DNA of 17,087 bases, from the NCBI GenBank assembly GCA_041639695.1, contig JBEQBQ010000020.1, positions 1-17,087 on the forward strand, read 5' to 3'. The position numbers and the translations under genes are program-made. The notes below the pieces were generated by a model. The model was not told where the DNA came from. It worked only from the letters and a program-made list of their open reading frames with translations, and searched no databases. The DNA comes from Candidatus Nanohaloarchaea archaeon. GTDB taxonomy: Archaea; Nanohalarchaeota; Nanosalinia; Nanosalinales; Nanosalinaceae. Below are positions 1 through 8,001 of this stretch, one piece after another; within the stretch, counting starts at the first letter, position 1, and each line of letters starts with the position of its first letter.

Positions 1-471
1 CAACGGGTAGACGATCTGTGAAATGCTCTGACTGTCTTCTTCACCTGAAGCGACTTCTGCCATCGAGCGCTGCCCTCTGTTAATTGTAGTCTCTTTCGAC
101 ATTTCGAGGACGTCGTGGAAGTATTCGGTCTCTTCCTGGAACTCTCTACCTCTAATGAATTCGGCGTCAAGTCCTGTGGCTTTGAAGGTGGCTTCCCAGT
201 ACTCTGTCATGGCCTGGATCCATTCCTCCTCGCCTTTCTTGTTCAAATATGTGTGAAGATCTGCGAAAAGCACTTTCAGGTCGAAACCGGCCTTCTGCAG
301 ATCCGTTAGTTTTCTTATTGATGCCCAGTGTCCGAGGTGTACAGGACCCGAGGTCTCATAGCCTACATAAGTGGTTGGTTCTTCTTTTTCGAGAACTTCG
401 TCAAGTTCTTCTTCTGTAACGATTTCAGTAGTATTTCTCAGGACCAGTTGTTTGCGCTCCTCGGTGTCCAT
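1..471 (-). CDS. tyrS: Tyrosyl-tRNA synthetase, archaeal type (N-terminal 157 aa; runs off the left edge)
   Basis: Not in the ORF track. Manual translation from ATG at 471 gives MDTEERKQLVLRNTTEIVTEEELDEVLEKEEPTTYVGYETSGPVHLGHW...KVLFADLHTYLNKKG...FIRGREFQ...SQIVYPL, with a HIGH-type motif (HLGH), ADLH and YPL motifs typical of archaeal TyrRS. The frame is open to position 1. Confidence 0.96.
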   Translation of the reverse strand, partial: MDTEERKQLVLRNTTEIVTEEELDEVLEKEEPTTYVGYETSGPVHLGHWASIRKLTDLQKAGFDLKVLFADLHTYLNKKGEEEWIQAMTEYWEATFKATGLDAEFIRGREFQEETEYFHDVLEMSKETTINRGQRSMAEVASGEEDSQSISQIVYPL

Positions 472-492
472 AACTTGTTGTGCGGGTCTAAG

Positions 493-502
493 GGTTAAAA
501 CT
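493..502 (-). promoter_or_regulatory. Putative TATA box for tyrS (likely leaderless mRNA)
   Basis: TTTTAA on the minus strand (495-500), about 25 nt upstream of the ATG at 471, with no SD motif in between. Confidence 0.5.
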
Positions 503-512
503 GTTGGCGGTT

Positions 513-1352
513 CTACAGAATTTCGGAGTCATCCAGCTTGTCCAGAGGGTTGGTGCTTATCAGGTTTTCAGATCGTTTAAGTGTGTCGAAGAACTCTTTC
601 ATCTGTCTTGAAAGTTCTTGCTCTCCGAAACTTTCGGATCTTTCCTCTATGTTCTCGACGTTGCTTGGGCTTCCTGCTTTATCCGGGTTGATGAACCTGT
701 TACCGGCTTCTAGGTTGTTCCTTCTTCTGTAATCCGAAAGATCGCTGAAATGTCCTATGCCCTTCTTGTAGGCTTGCCAGCTTTTTTCCGTGTTCCTCTC
801 GGCCTCCTCGAGCACGGCCTCGATGTTGAAGCTGTTTGATGCCCCGGATATGTGTTCAAGTATGCTGTTGTAGAACCTGAGTTCTCGGGCCGTCCCCAGC
901 ATCTCTTCCTCTATCTCCTTCCGCTCTTCGCGCTGCTGTTCTGCATCGATCTGTCTCTTTAGGTCCCTGTACGAGGGGATGCTTAGAGCCTTCATATAGA
1001 GTTCCTCCGATTCTGCCTTGATGCTTTCAAGTAGCTGGGTTACGACGCCTTCGAGCTCATCGCCTTCATGCATGTCTCTTAACTCCCTATTCGAAGGCAA
1101 TTCGCCGGTGAAGGGCTCTATCAGGGTCACACCGTCTCGTTCCTCTGCCTCGACCATCAGGTTATCGGCGTAGAAAAGCAGGTTATCGGTTTTCCCCAGC
1201 ATGTCGTGCGCTGTCCTTCCATACGGCTGCTTCCGGGTCTTAAGATACCTTTCCAGCGCTCTCTCCGCCTCTGAAGCATAGAAGCACAGTTCTCTTGTGC
1301 GATCCAACACACTTTCCTGCAGCTGTCTTTCTACTTGTTTTCGCCCGGTCAT
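513..1352 (-). CDS. Hypothetical acidic, helical protein with internal repeats
   Basis: 279-aa ORF filling the gap between tyrS and the YbaK gene. Glu-rich, with AGGTGG upstream of the ATG. No family motif recognised. Confidence 0.75.
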   Translation of the reverse strand: MTGRKQVERQLQESVLDRTRELCFYASEAERALERYLKTRKQPYGRTAHDMLGKTDNLLFYADNLMVEAEERDGVTLIEPFTGELPSNRELRDMHEGDELEGVVTQLLESIKAESEELYMKALSIPSYRDLKRQIDAEQQREERKEIEEEMLGTARELRFYNSILEHISGASNSFNIEAVLEEAERNTEKSWQAYKKGIGHFSDLSDYRRRNNLEAGNRFINPDKAGSPSNVENIEERSESFGEQELSRQMKEFFDTLKRSENLISTNPLDKLDDSEIL

Positions 1353-1381
1353 CTATGTTCCACCTTTACAACTCAACTCTT

Positions 1382-1903
1382 CTATCCGCATATATCCTCG
1401 ATTGAAGGGTTTAAAGATCTAACAAGTTCTTCTGGTTCAAGCTCGACCCCAACAACCCTGGAGCCCGCGGCAGGGCGTACCAAGTCCTTTTCAGGTATCG
1501 AGCTATCCATGAAAACATCGATATCAAGATCGAAAGGTGAAACACCTCCGACAATATAGCCGGTATGGTTTTCCACTTCCGAAGGTTTTGCCATCCTGAC
1601 CTTCGAACCTGTCAAATCTTCCAGGCTCTGCTCGGAAACCCTGCTGTCGCCCGGGCACAGAACCGCAACGAAGTCGTTCTCTGTCTTGAAAACCAGGGTC
1701 TTCACGATCTGATCAAGGTCGAGATCTGTTTTCTCCGCTGAATCCTTTGCTGACTCGCTTGTTCTATGGAAAAGGAACTCTGCATCAATATCTTTTTCCT
1801 CGATAAATTTTGCGACCCTCCGAACGTTCTCGATATCCTCTTCAAGAAAACTCAGCATCTCAAGAAGCTCATCCCTTTCCAAGTCGAAGTACTTGTCGCC
1901 CAT
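1382..1903 (-). CDS. YbaK/EbsC-family aminoacyl-tRNA editing (deacylase) protein
   Basis: QIVKTLVFK (conserved Lys), RMAKPSEVENHTGYIVGGVSPF and AAGS motifs of the YbaK/ProX superfamily. Subfamily and exact start uncertain. Confidence 0.9.
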   Translation of the reverse strand: MGDKYFDLERDELLEMLSFLEEDIENVRRVAKFIEEKDIDAEFLFHRTSESAKDSAEKTDLDLDQIVKTLVFKTENDFVAVLCPGDSRVSEQSLEDLTGSKVRMAKPSEVENHTGYIVGGVSPFDLDIDVFMDSSIPEKDLVRPAAGSRVVGVELEPEELVRSLNPSIEDICG

Positions 1904-1946
1904 AGAACCGAAACCGGTTCAAAGCTTTAAGCCATCAACCTATATC
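1904..1946. promoter_or_regulatory. Compact divergent promoter (YbaK gene / rtcA) with inverted repeat
   Basis: 43-nt spacer between ATG 1903 (-) and ATG 1947 (+). Contains GAACCG-AAAC-CGGTTC (1905-1920), palindromic AAAGCTTT (1921-1928) and TTTAA (1926-1930), which is TATA-like on both strands. Confidence 0.5.
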
Positions 1947-2963
1947 ATGATCGAGATAAACGGTGAGAACGGTGGCGGCCAAGTCCTGAGAACTGCGTTA
2001 ACACTTTCTGCGGTAGAAAACAAGGCTTTCCGGATGGAGAATATCAGGGGTTCAAGGTCGAATCCGGGGCTGAAGAGGCAGCACCTAGAGTGCGTTGAGG
2101 CTGTCCAAAGACTTTCTAATGCAGAGGTTGAAGGTGCAGAACTAGGTTCTGAGTCACTTGTATTCAAGCCTCAGGAGCTAAGAAATGAATCTTTCACTTC
2201 AAATATAGGAACTGCGGGATCAATCACTTTGCTTTTTGACACCGTACTACCTATCGGAACACGGTTGTCCGGGTCTTTCCGTTTAACTGGGAAAGGCGGT
2301 ACGGACGTGAAATGGTCTCCGCCTATTGATTACTTGAAACAGGTCAAGCTTCCTTTACTGGAAAAATTTGGTTTAAACGCTTCAGTAGATCTGGAAAAGA
2401 CCGGTTACTATCCTTCAGGCGGAGGAGAAGCTAATTTGAAGGTTGAAAATAACTCTTTAGATCCTATAGAATTAAAGGATAGAGGAGAACTCGAAAGGTT
2501 CGAAGTTTACTCGAAAGCGTCTAAGGAGCTGGAATCACAGAATGTTGCGGACCGACAGGCGGATGAAGCTGAAAGAATACTGAAGAACTCGCACATCTCC
2601 AAACCTGTAGAGAAACATATTGGCTACGAGAAGACCGTTTCAACAGGCTCTACTTTAGTGGTTAAAGCGGTTTATGAGAACTCTGTGGCGGGATTCGATG
2701 TTCTGGGTGAAAAAGGAAAGAGAAGTGAGAAAGTTGCGAAAGAAGCTGTTCAAAAGTTCAAAAGTTTTCATTCCTCTGATGCGGCGGTCGACAAACACAT
2801 GGCTGATCAGCTAATGGTTTTCATGGCTCTTAATGGGGGAAGTATGGCTGTTCGCGCCAAAACCTCCCATATAGAGACTTCAGTTGACGTCCTGAAAGTG
2901 TTTGGCAAGAATGTTTCTTCGTCAGATGAACGTTTGCTCGAAGTTGAGGTGTCAAATAAATGA
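1947..2963 (+). CDS. rtcA: RNA 3'-terminal phosphate cyclase
   Basis: MIEINGENGGGQVLRTALTLS, IRGSRSNPGLKRQHL, IGTAGSITL, GGTDVKWSP, GYYPSGGG, HMADQL and TSHIET (adenylated His) match RtcA. Start moved from 1893 to the ATG at 1947, which gives the canonical N-terminus and removes the overlap with the divergent gene. Confidence 0.96.
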   Translation: MIEINGENGGGQVLRTALTLSAVENKAFRMENIRGSRSNPGLKRQHLECVEAVQRLSNAEVEGAELGSESLVFKPQELRNESFTSNIGTAGSITLLFDTVLPIGTRLSGSFRLTGKGGTDVKWSPPIDYLKQVKLPLLEKFGLNASVDLEKTGYYPSGGGEANLKVENNSLDPIELKDRGELERFEVYSKASKELESQNVADRQADEAERILKNSHISKPVEKHIGYEKTVSTGSTLVVKAVYENSVAGFDVLGEKGKRSEKVAKEAVQKFKSFHSSDAAVDKHMADQLMVFMALNGGSMAVRAKTSHIETSVDVLKVFGKNVSSSDERLLEVEVSNK

Positions 2964-3397
2964 GGGATGAGCGTTTCAAGCCTGAGACTTATTATGATCA
3001 GGTGACGTTGGAGAATATGCGGGATGTGGGGGAAGGAAGACAGTTTGATTTCCTGTACCGGCAGGAGTTCAAGGACGGCCGGCAGAAAGCCGAGATAATT
3101 AAGGCAGATACGGGAAATAGGCGAGTTCATTTTCTTGATGTTGTTTTCCTCAGCTATGATGTGCCTGAGGCTTATAGACATGCATTAATGCACAGGATGG
3201 AGTCTTTCGAGCTTGACTGGGACTATAGCGGAGGCAGCAGTTTCTGGGATTTCGAATCTAGAGATTCAAAGCCGTTGGAGGGCCAGATATACATTCCCGA
3301 TCCCGACGGTATTGATGAGGCCTCGCTTGAGGATTTAGAGGCTTTGTTAAGTCGGAGTCTAGATGAACTTCAGTCTATAGAGCCCCGGAAACATTAG
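2960..3397 (+). CDS. Hypothetical protein translationally coupled to rtcA
   Basis: 145-aa acidic ORF whose ATG overlaps the rtcA stop (ATGA, 2960-2963). No family recognised. Confidence 0.7.
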   Translation: MRDERFKPETYYDQVTLENMRDVGEGRQFDFLYRQEFKDGRQKAEIIKADTGNRRVHFLDVVFLSYDVPEAYRHALMHRMESFELDWDYSGGSSFWDFESRDSKPLEGQIYIPDPDGIDEASLEDLEALLSRSLDELQSIEPRKH

Positions 3398-3490
3398 AAT
3401 ATAAAAAATTCTATTGAGTACAACAAAATAGATGTTTGGGAGATCTCGAAAACCCAGGGCCAATAAATTCTCTATGGGGGAGGTCTCCGG

Positions 3491-4282
3491 TTGGCAGAGA
3501 TAGGTGTTGAAAGAGCGGCCTCCAGATACGGTTTCCCTGAAGCGGTCGTAGAAGATGTTGTAAATGGCATGATAGATTCTGCAGGTTTTGATATTAATTT
3601 AGATGACGTAAGGGTAGAAGAAGCCCAGCTAAGGCAAAACGTTCTAGCTGAGGATCCACGTTACCCTGATATGCACCGTTTAATGAGGGACAATCAGGCT
3701 GAGCTATATCTAAGTTTGATGGAAGATGGTAAGACGCGTTGGGATGCCGCTTTTCTGGAAGCAGATTTCTACGAGCCTGCTGCCGGTTCGAAATATTTTG
3801 AAGGCGCTGACAGCAGAGATATGGATGTAGAGCAGAGGGGAGGGGATGCGGATCTTCTTCTCGTGGATGTAGATGAAAGAAATATGAAAATGCTGGAGCT
3901 GAAGCCAGGCCAAGGCTATGAGGGACGTTTTAAAAAGAAAAAAGAGAACTGGAGTCGTTGTTTTGAAGCAGCAAAAGATACTTCGGGCACGGATTGGAGC
4001 TCTGAAGAGCCTGAAATAGTTATGGTGGATGAGATAACTAGAGCTTTTGAAAGAGGAGAGCTCAAGGGATTTACGTCATTAATGCCGGATCTCTACGGAG
4101 AAAGAGGAGGGTACATAGTTACAACAGAGGAAGGTATAGGAAAGTTAAGGGGTTCGGAAGAGTTCAAAGAAATCGCTAACAATTTACTCTGGGATGCTGT
4201 TGATCCTGTATACAACGATTTTATTGCAGATAACTTCGGCTACCCTGTTGTTGAACCTCTAGACGTTGAACATCGTATTTAA
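3491..4282 (+). CDS. Hypothetical protein, putative PD-(D/E)XK nuclease fold
   Basis: 263-aa acidic ORF with TTG start preceded by GGAGGT (3479-3484). Contains E...GGDADLLLVD-x7-MLELK, resembling the D-x(n)-E-x-K restriction-endonuclease-like active site. Confidence 0.6.
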   Translation: MAEIGVERAASRYGFPEAVVEDVVNGMIDSAGFDINLDDVRVEEAQLRQNVLAEDPRYPDMHRLMRDNQAELYLSLMEDGKTRWDAAFLEADFYEPAAGSKYFEGADSRDMDVEQRGGDADLLLVDVDERNMKMLELKPGQGYEGRFKKKKENWSRCFEAAKDTSGTDWSSEEPEIVMVDEITRAFERGELKGFTSLMPDLYGERGGYIVTTEEGIGKLRGSEEFKEIANNLLWDAVDPVYNDFIADNFGYPVVEPLDVEHRI

Positions 4283-5247
4283 TCTGCCTCTCCCACTACA
4301 AAATCGTTTTTGGCGATCATTTCCTCAGGTAGCTCCCCAAAACGGTGACCGGGTTTAAGATCGACACCTTCTCTGCAGTATTTCAGCTCCTTCTGGAAAA
4401 ATTGTTGTTCTGGTGCGGCATCAAAAGCCTTGTTTTCTTGAATCTCAAAGCTGTGGTGCTCGAAAACTTCGTCTTCACCTCTATCGATGTGAACGTTTTC
4501 TACACCTTCAGGCTTCAGTGAAAGTAAGTGTACGCTTCTATCCGGCATTATACAGGTTACATCGTAGTTGTATGTTCCGCCCCCAAGGCTGAAAACTCCT
4601 GATCTACCGACCTCCATGGGCTGAGGCCGGTGGTTATGTGAATGAACAGCTATTACAGGTTCGTTGCCTAGCTCATGCGGTATGTCGGCAGGGTGATAGT
4701 CTTGATGTCTTTTCAGCGGATCTACGTTGAACATTAGTTCCTCCATCAGTTTTTCTTTGTTTTCGTGATGGGGTTCGTGCTGTATCCATACTTTGTAGTC
4801 TTCAAACGGGTTAAACTCCACGCTTCTTCCTTCGATACTGTACTCTGTTTCGGTCTCGATAGGCTGGTTTATGTCCGTAACTTGTCTTTTCCAGCCTATG
4901 CGTGGTTCTGGCGGTTTCACGTCCTTTGTGTAGTCCTCATCGCCCTCAAGTATGTAGACGGGCATTTCGTTTTCCATTCCGTCCAGAAATCCTTCTAACG
5001 CGTTTCTGCTTCCGAAGTCGCCGGTGATGCATAATGCGTCGATTCCGTGCCTTTCTGATAGCTCTCTGAAGTATTCGGCTTCTCTGGCGCCTACCGCGTA
5101 GTCTTTACCTTCTCTCTGCCATGAGTGGAAATCAGGTAGACAGGCTAGGTTGTAGGTATTTTCTCCTGTTAAATCGGGAGTATAAGGTTCAGAATGGGAT
5201 GGTTGGTCGAAGCCTTCGAAGTCGCTTCCTCTGGTGGCTCCGGACAT
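4279..5247 (-). CDS. Calcineurin-like metallophosphoesterase, divergent
   Basis: Five motifs in the expected order: LPDFH, ITGDFG, LEGDED (in place of GNH[DE]), IQHEP and HSHNH. Confidence 0.75.
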   Translation of the reverse strand: MSGATRGSDFEGFDQPSHSEPYTPDLTGENTYNLACLPDFHSWQREGKDYAVGAREAEYFRELSERHGIDALCITGDFGSRNALEGFLDGMENEMPVYILEGDEDYTKDVKPPEPRIGWKRQVTDINQPIETETEYSIEGRSVEFNPFEDYKVWIQHEPHHENKEKLMEELMFNVDPLKRHQDYHPADIPHELGNEPVIAVHSHNHRPQPMEVGRSGVFSLGGGTYNYDVTCIMPDRSVHLLSLKPEGVENVHIDRGEDEVFEHHSFEIQENKAFDAAPEQQFFQKELKYCREGVDLKPGHRFGELPEEMIAKNDFVVGEAD

Positions 5248-5292
5248 TTATACAGAAAATAAGTCTACAATATGTTATATTCGTTGTGGTGA

Positions 5293-5314
5293 GGGAGTAG
5301 AGAAAGAGAAAAAC
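5293..5314 (-). terminator. Putative archaeal pyrimidine/oligo-T terminator after hsp20
   Basis: Minus strand reads GTTTTTCTCTTTCTCTACTCCC directly after the hsp20 stop codon. Confidence 0.5.
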
Positions 5315-5734
5315 TTACTCGATCTCCACGTCCCAATCGTCGCTGTCCTCCTCTTTCTCAGCTCTAACAGTAAGAACGCCTTCATCATACTTTGCCTTGA
5401 TAGTTTCCGGGTCGATCTTGGTAGGCCAGCCGATTTTCCTTGAGAAATGTCTCGAGCTTCTTTCTTTCCTGATGTATTTCTCGTTTTCTTCTTTGATCTC
5501 ATGCTTCGCTTCGGCTGTGATCTCTATACGGTCCTCGTCGGCTTTAATGTTGATATCGTCCTTTGTAACTCCCGGAAGGTCAGCTGTAAGAATTATTTCG
5601 CCGTCTTCATCTTTCATGTCGACAGGCACTCCTGTTACTCCGGCTTGTTTTCCAAGGTTCTGGAACTGGTTTAGCATCCTCTGCATCTGATCTCTGAAGT
5701 CGTCGAAGCCGTCATGTCGGTCGAGGCGTCTCAT
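5315..5734 (-). CDS. hsp20: Small heat shock protein (Hsp20/alpha-crystallin family)
   Basis: PVDM...ADLPGVTKDDINI...YIRKERSSRHFSRKI...IKAKYDEGVLTVRAEK with a C-terminal VEI motif. Start at ATG 5734 preferred (GTGAT SD-like upstream, AT-rich TATA at about 5757-5770); 5749 is the alternative. Confidence 0.93.
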   Translation of the reverse strand: MRRLDRHDGFDDFRDQMQRMLNQFQNLGKQAGVTGVPVDMKDEDGEIILTADLPGVTKDDINIKADEDRIEITAEAKHEIKEENEKYIRKERSSRHFSRKIGWPTKIDPETIKAKYDEGVLTVRAEKEEDSDDWDVEIE

Positions 5735-5771
5735 AAATATCACATACACTTTTTTGTTTATATCTTTAAAA

Positions 5772-5975
5772 TTATTGTTCTTCTTGAGTCTTTTCCTGGC
5801 TCACCTGCTTCAAAAAGTCCAGCTGCTCATGCACTTCAGAAAGAATCTCCTCAACCCTCTGCTGCTTATCACTTAGATCGCCTTCAGCATTAGAATCCTT
5901 GACCTCCTCAAACTCGTGATCCAAGGTCTCAACCTCCGACTCAAGCTCCTCCACAATCTCTTCTTCATCTGACAT
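5772..5975 (-). CDS. Small acidic helical/coiled-coil hypothetical protein
   Basis: 67 aa, very Glu-rich with heptad-like hydrophobic spacing. TTATAAA on the minus strand at 6001-6007 lies about 26 nt upstream of the ATG. Confidence 0.7.
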   Translation of the reverse strand: MSDEEEIVEELESEVETLDHEFEEVKDSNAEGDLSDKQQRVEEILSEVHEQLDFLKQVSQEKTQEEQ

Positions 5976-5999
5976 ATAACAAATCTACGGCCTTCAACC

Positions 6000-6066
6000 G
6001 TTTATAACTCCCGTACCGACCCGGTTTGTTCGATAGAAATCGAATAACTGTCTGAATGTTATAAGC
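6000..6066. promoter_or_regulatory. Divergent promoters with central palindrome
   Basis: TATA-like boxes at 6001-6007 (-) and 6059-6064 (+, TTATAA) flank TTCGAT-AGAA-ATCGAA (6029-6044). Confidence 0.55.
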
Positions 6067-6101
6067 CGGAGGAACCAATTTAGGCGTGTAGGAATAAGAC
6101 T

Positions 6102-6827
6102 ATGTCGATTATTAGCCTTCAGGACGTTGAGAAAAACTACCAGCTCGGAGAAACAATAGTCAGAGCTTTAAGAGGTTCAAACGTCGAGATAGAGGAGGGA
6201 GAATTCATAGCGGTCATGGGGCCATCCGGATCGGGCAAAAGCACCTTGATGAACATGATAGGGGCTTTAGACGTGCCCAGTGAAGGTACCGTAAACATAG
6301 GCGGCGAAAAAATAAACGAGATGACGGAAAACCAGCTTGCACTACTAAGAAGCAAGAAAATCGGGTTTATATTTCAAGAATTCAACCTGGTTAACTCGAT
6401 GAACGCCCGGCAAAACGTAGCACTGCCCATGATCTTCAGAAATACTCCGAAAAAGAAGAGGGTTGAAAGAGCAGACGAGCTACTCGAAGAAGTCGGTCTA
6501 GGCGAAAGAAAAACATTTAGGCCTTCCGAACTATCCGGAGGTCAGAGACAGAGGGTTTCTATAGCCAGAAGCCTTGCAAACAACCCTGAAATAATTCTAG
6601 CGGACGAACCTACGGGTAACCTTGACACAGAGACCGGCTCAAAAATAATGGATTTACTAACGGAACTAAACGAAGAAGGAAAGACAATCATAATGGTTAC
6701 ACACGATCCAAACGATGCTGAATACGCTGACAGAATTGTAAGAATAGTAGACGGAAAAACAAATCCTGAAGAAGGCCTGGAAAACCAGGAAAAACTCAAG
6801 AATCCAGAGAAAGACGATGAAAACTAA
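6102..6827 (+). CDS. ABC transporter ATP-binding protein, LolD/MacB-like
   Basis: Walker A GPSGSGKST, Q-loop GFIFQEFNL, signature LSGGQRQR, Walker B/D-loop ILADEPTGNLD, H-loop VTHD. Confidence 0.96.
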   Translation: MSIISLQDVEKNYQLGETIVRALRGSNVEIEEGEFIAVMGPSGSGKSTLMNMIGALDVPSEGTVNIGGEKINEMTENQLALLRSKKIGFIFQEFNLVNSMNARQNVALPMIFRNTPKKKRVERADELLEEVGLGERKTFRPSELSGGQRQRVSIARSLANNPEIILADEPTGNLDTETGSKIMDLLTELNEEGKTIIMVTHDPNDAEYADRIVRIVDGKTNPEEGLENQEKLKNPEKDDEN

Positions 6828-8001
6828 AAAACTTGCATTCACGGTTTCGCTGCTACTTTTAACAGGTATCGCAGCCGCACAATCCTCAACCCAAATAGAT
6901 ATCTCGAAAAAGACTTTGGAGCCTACACCGCTCCAATCATCGGAGTACGCAGACATATGGATCGAAGTAAGAAACACCGGTAATACAGCCGCAAACGATG
7001 TTAATGTAGAATTTCTGGAGAACTATCCTTTCTCGGTTGACAGGGACGACAAAAATTCCTGGAACTTAGGGGAACTGGTTCCGGGAGAGTCAAGCCAGAT
7101 CCACTTAGAGGTAAAGGTGGATGAGAACGCGGTGCACGGTGAAAACATGCTCGAGTTCAAAACCGCTCTAGGCTCTGAGAACATCGAATTAGAGAAGAAA
7201 GTTCCAGTAGAGGTCAGGACCGATAGCTCCATACTTTCAATTTCAAACGTTAATTTTCCGGACAAGGTTGCTCCTGGGGCCTCGGAAGAAATGACTGTAA
7301 ATCTTGAAAACATGGCTGACTCACAGCTCAAAAACATCGAGGTAAAGCTTGGATCGGAACAGGTTCCGGTTGCAGCATCAGACTCAAACATAGCCAACGT
7401 CAGAAAGATAGAGCCACGAGACAACACAAACGTTTCATTCCGGTTGAATATAGATGAGTCAGCCGAAAACGGGGTTTACAAGCTTCCTTTAATGCTTGAA
7501 TACGAGAATGAGGCCGGAACATCCTTCTCAGTTGGTTCTACAACCGCTTTAGTTGTTGGAGGAGAACCTGACTTACAGATTGGAGTGAACGATGCAGGAA
7601 CACTGACACCGGATTCAACAGGCACAGTAACACTGAGGCTAATAAACCAGGGTGAAGGTTCAGCCGACTTCGTAGACCTTGAAGTTAAAGAGTCTGAAAG
7701 CTACGAAATCCTATCCTCCAACACAGAATACATAGGTGAGATGGATCCTGACGACTATCAAACAGTCGAACTTAGAATGCACGTCTCCGGAAACGCTGAA
7801 AGTCTTCAAATACCTGTAGAACTTGGTTACAAATCAGATTCGCAGAAGTCGGAGATACAGACTGTTGACGTCAAGCTTTACACTTCACAGGAGCTTGAAA
7901 GATACGGTCTGGCTAGTGGAGGAAGCATCATGCCGTTGATCGTTGTTGTGCTGTTGATCGGCGGCGGTATCTACTACTGGAGGAAGAGACGCGAGAGATA
8001 A
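6817..8001 (+). CDS. COG1361-like (S-layer domain) surface protein with signal peptide and C-terminal membrane anchor
   Basis: Sec signal (MKTKKLAFTVSLLLLTGIAAAQ), three beta-rich Ig-like repeats (IEVRNTG / VNLENMA / LRLINQG), YIGEMDPDD motif, and a C-terminal TM helix followed by YYWRKRRER. Typical position in archaeal MacB-like ABC operons. Confidence 0.8.
   Translation: MKTKKLAFTVSLLLLTGIAAAQSSTQIDISKKTLEPTPLQSSEYADIWIEVRNTGNTAANDVNVEFLENYPFSVDRDDKNSWNLGELVPGESSQIHLEVKVDENAVHGENMLEFKTALGSENIELEKKVPVEVRTDSSILSISNVNFPDKVAPGASEEMTVNLENMADSQLKNIEVKLGSEQVPVAASDSNIANVRKIEPRDNTNVSFRLNIDESAENGVYKLPLMLEYENEAGTSFSVGSTTALVVGGEPDLQIGVNDAGTLTPDSTGTVTLRLINQGEGSADFVDLEVKESESYEILSSNTEYIGEMDPDDYQTVELRMHVSGNAESLQIPVELGYKSDSQKSEIQTVDVKLYTSQELERYGLASGGSIMPLIVVVLLIGGGIYYWRKRRER

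Noticed and set aside
115-732. Plus-strand ORFs 115-309, 371-580 and 538-732
   Set aside because: Antisense shadows of tyrS and the 279-aa gene, with Ser/Phe/Leu-rich composition unlike the acidic proteome.
1893-1946. Track start of rtcA at 1893
   Set aside because: TTG start overlapping the divergent YbaK gene. The family N-terminus begins at ATG 1947.
3398-3490. Short palindromes (e.g. GAGATCTC) in the spacer before the putative nuclease
   Set aside because: Too short to distinguish from chance, and no stable extended structure is evident.
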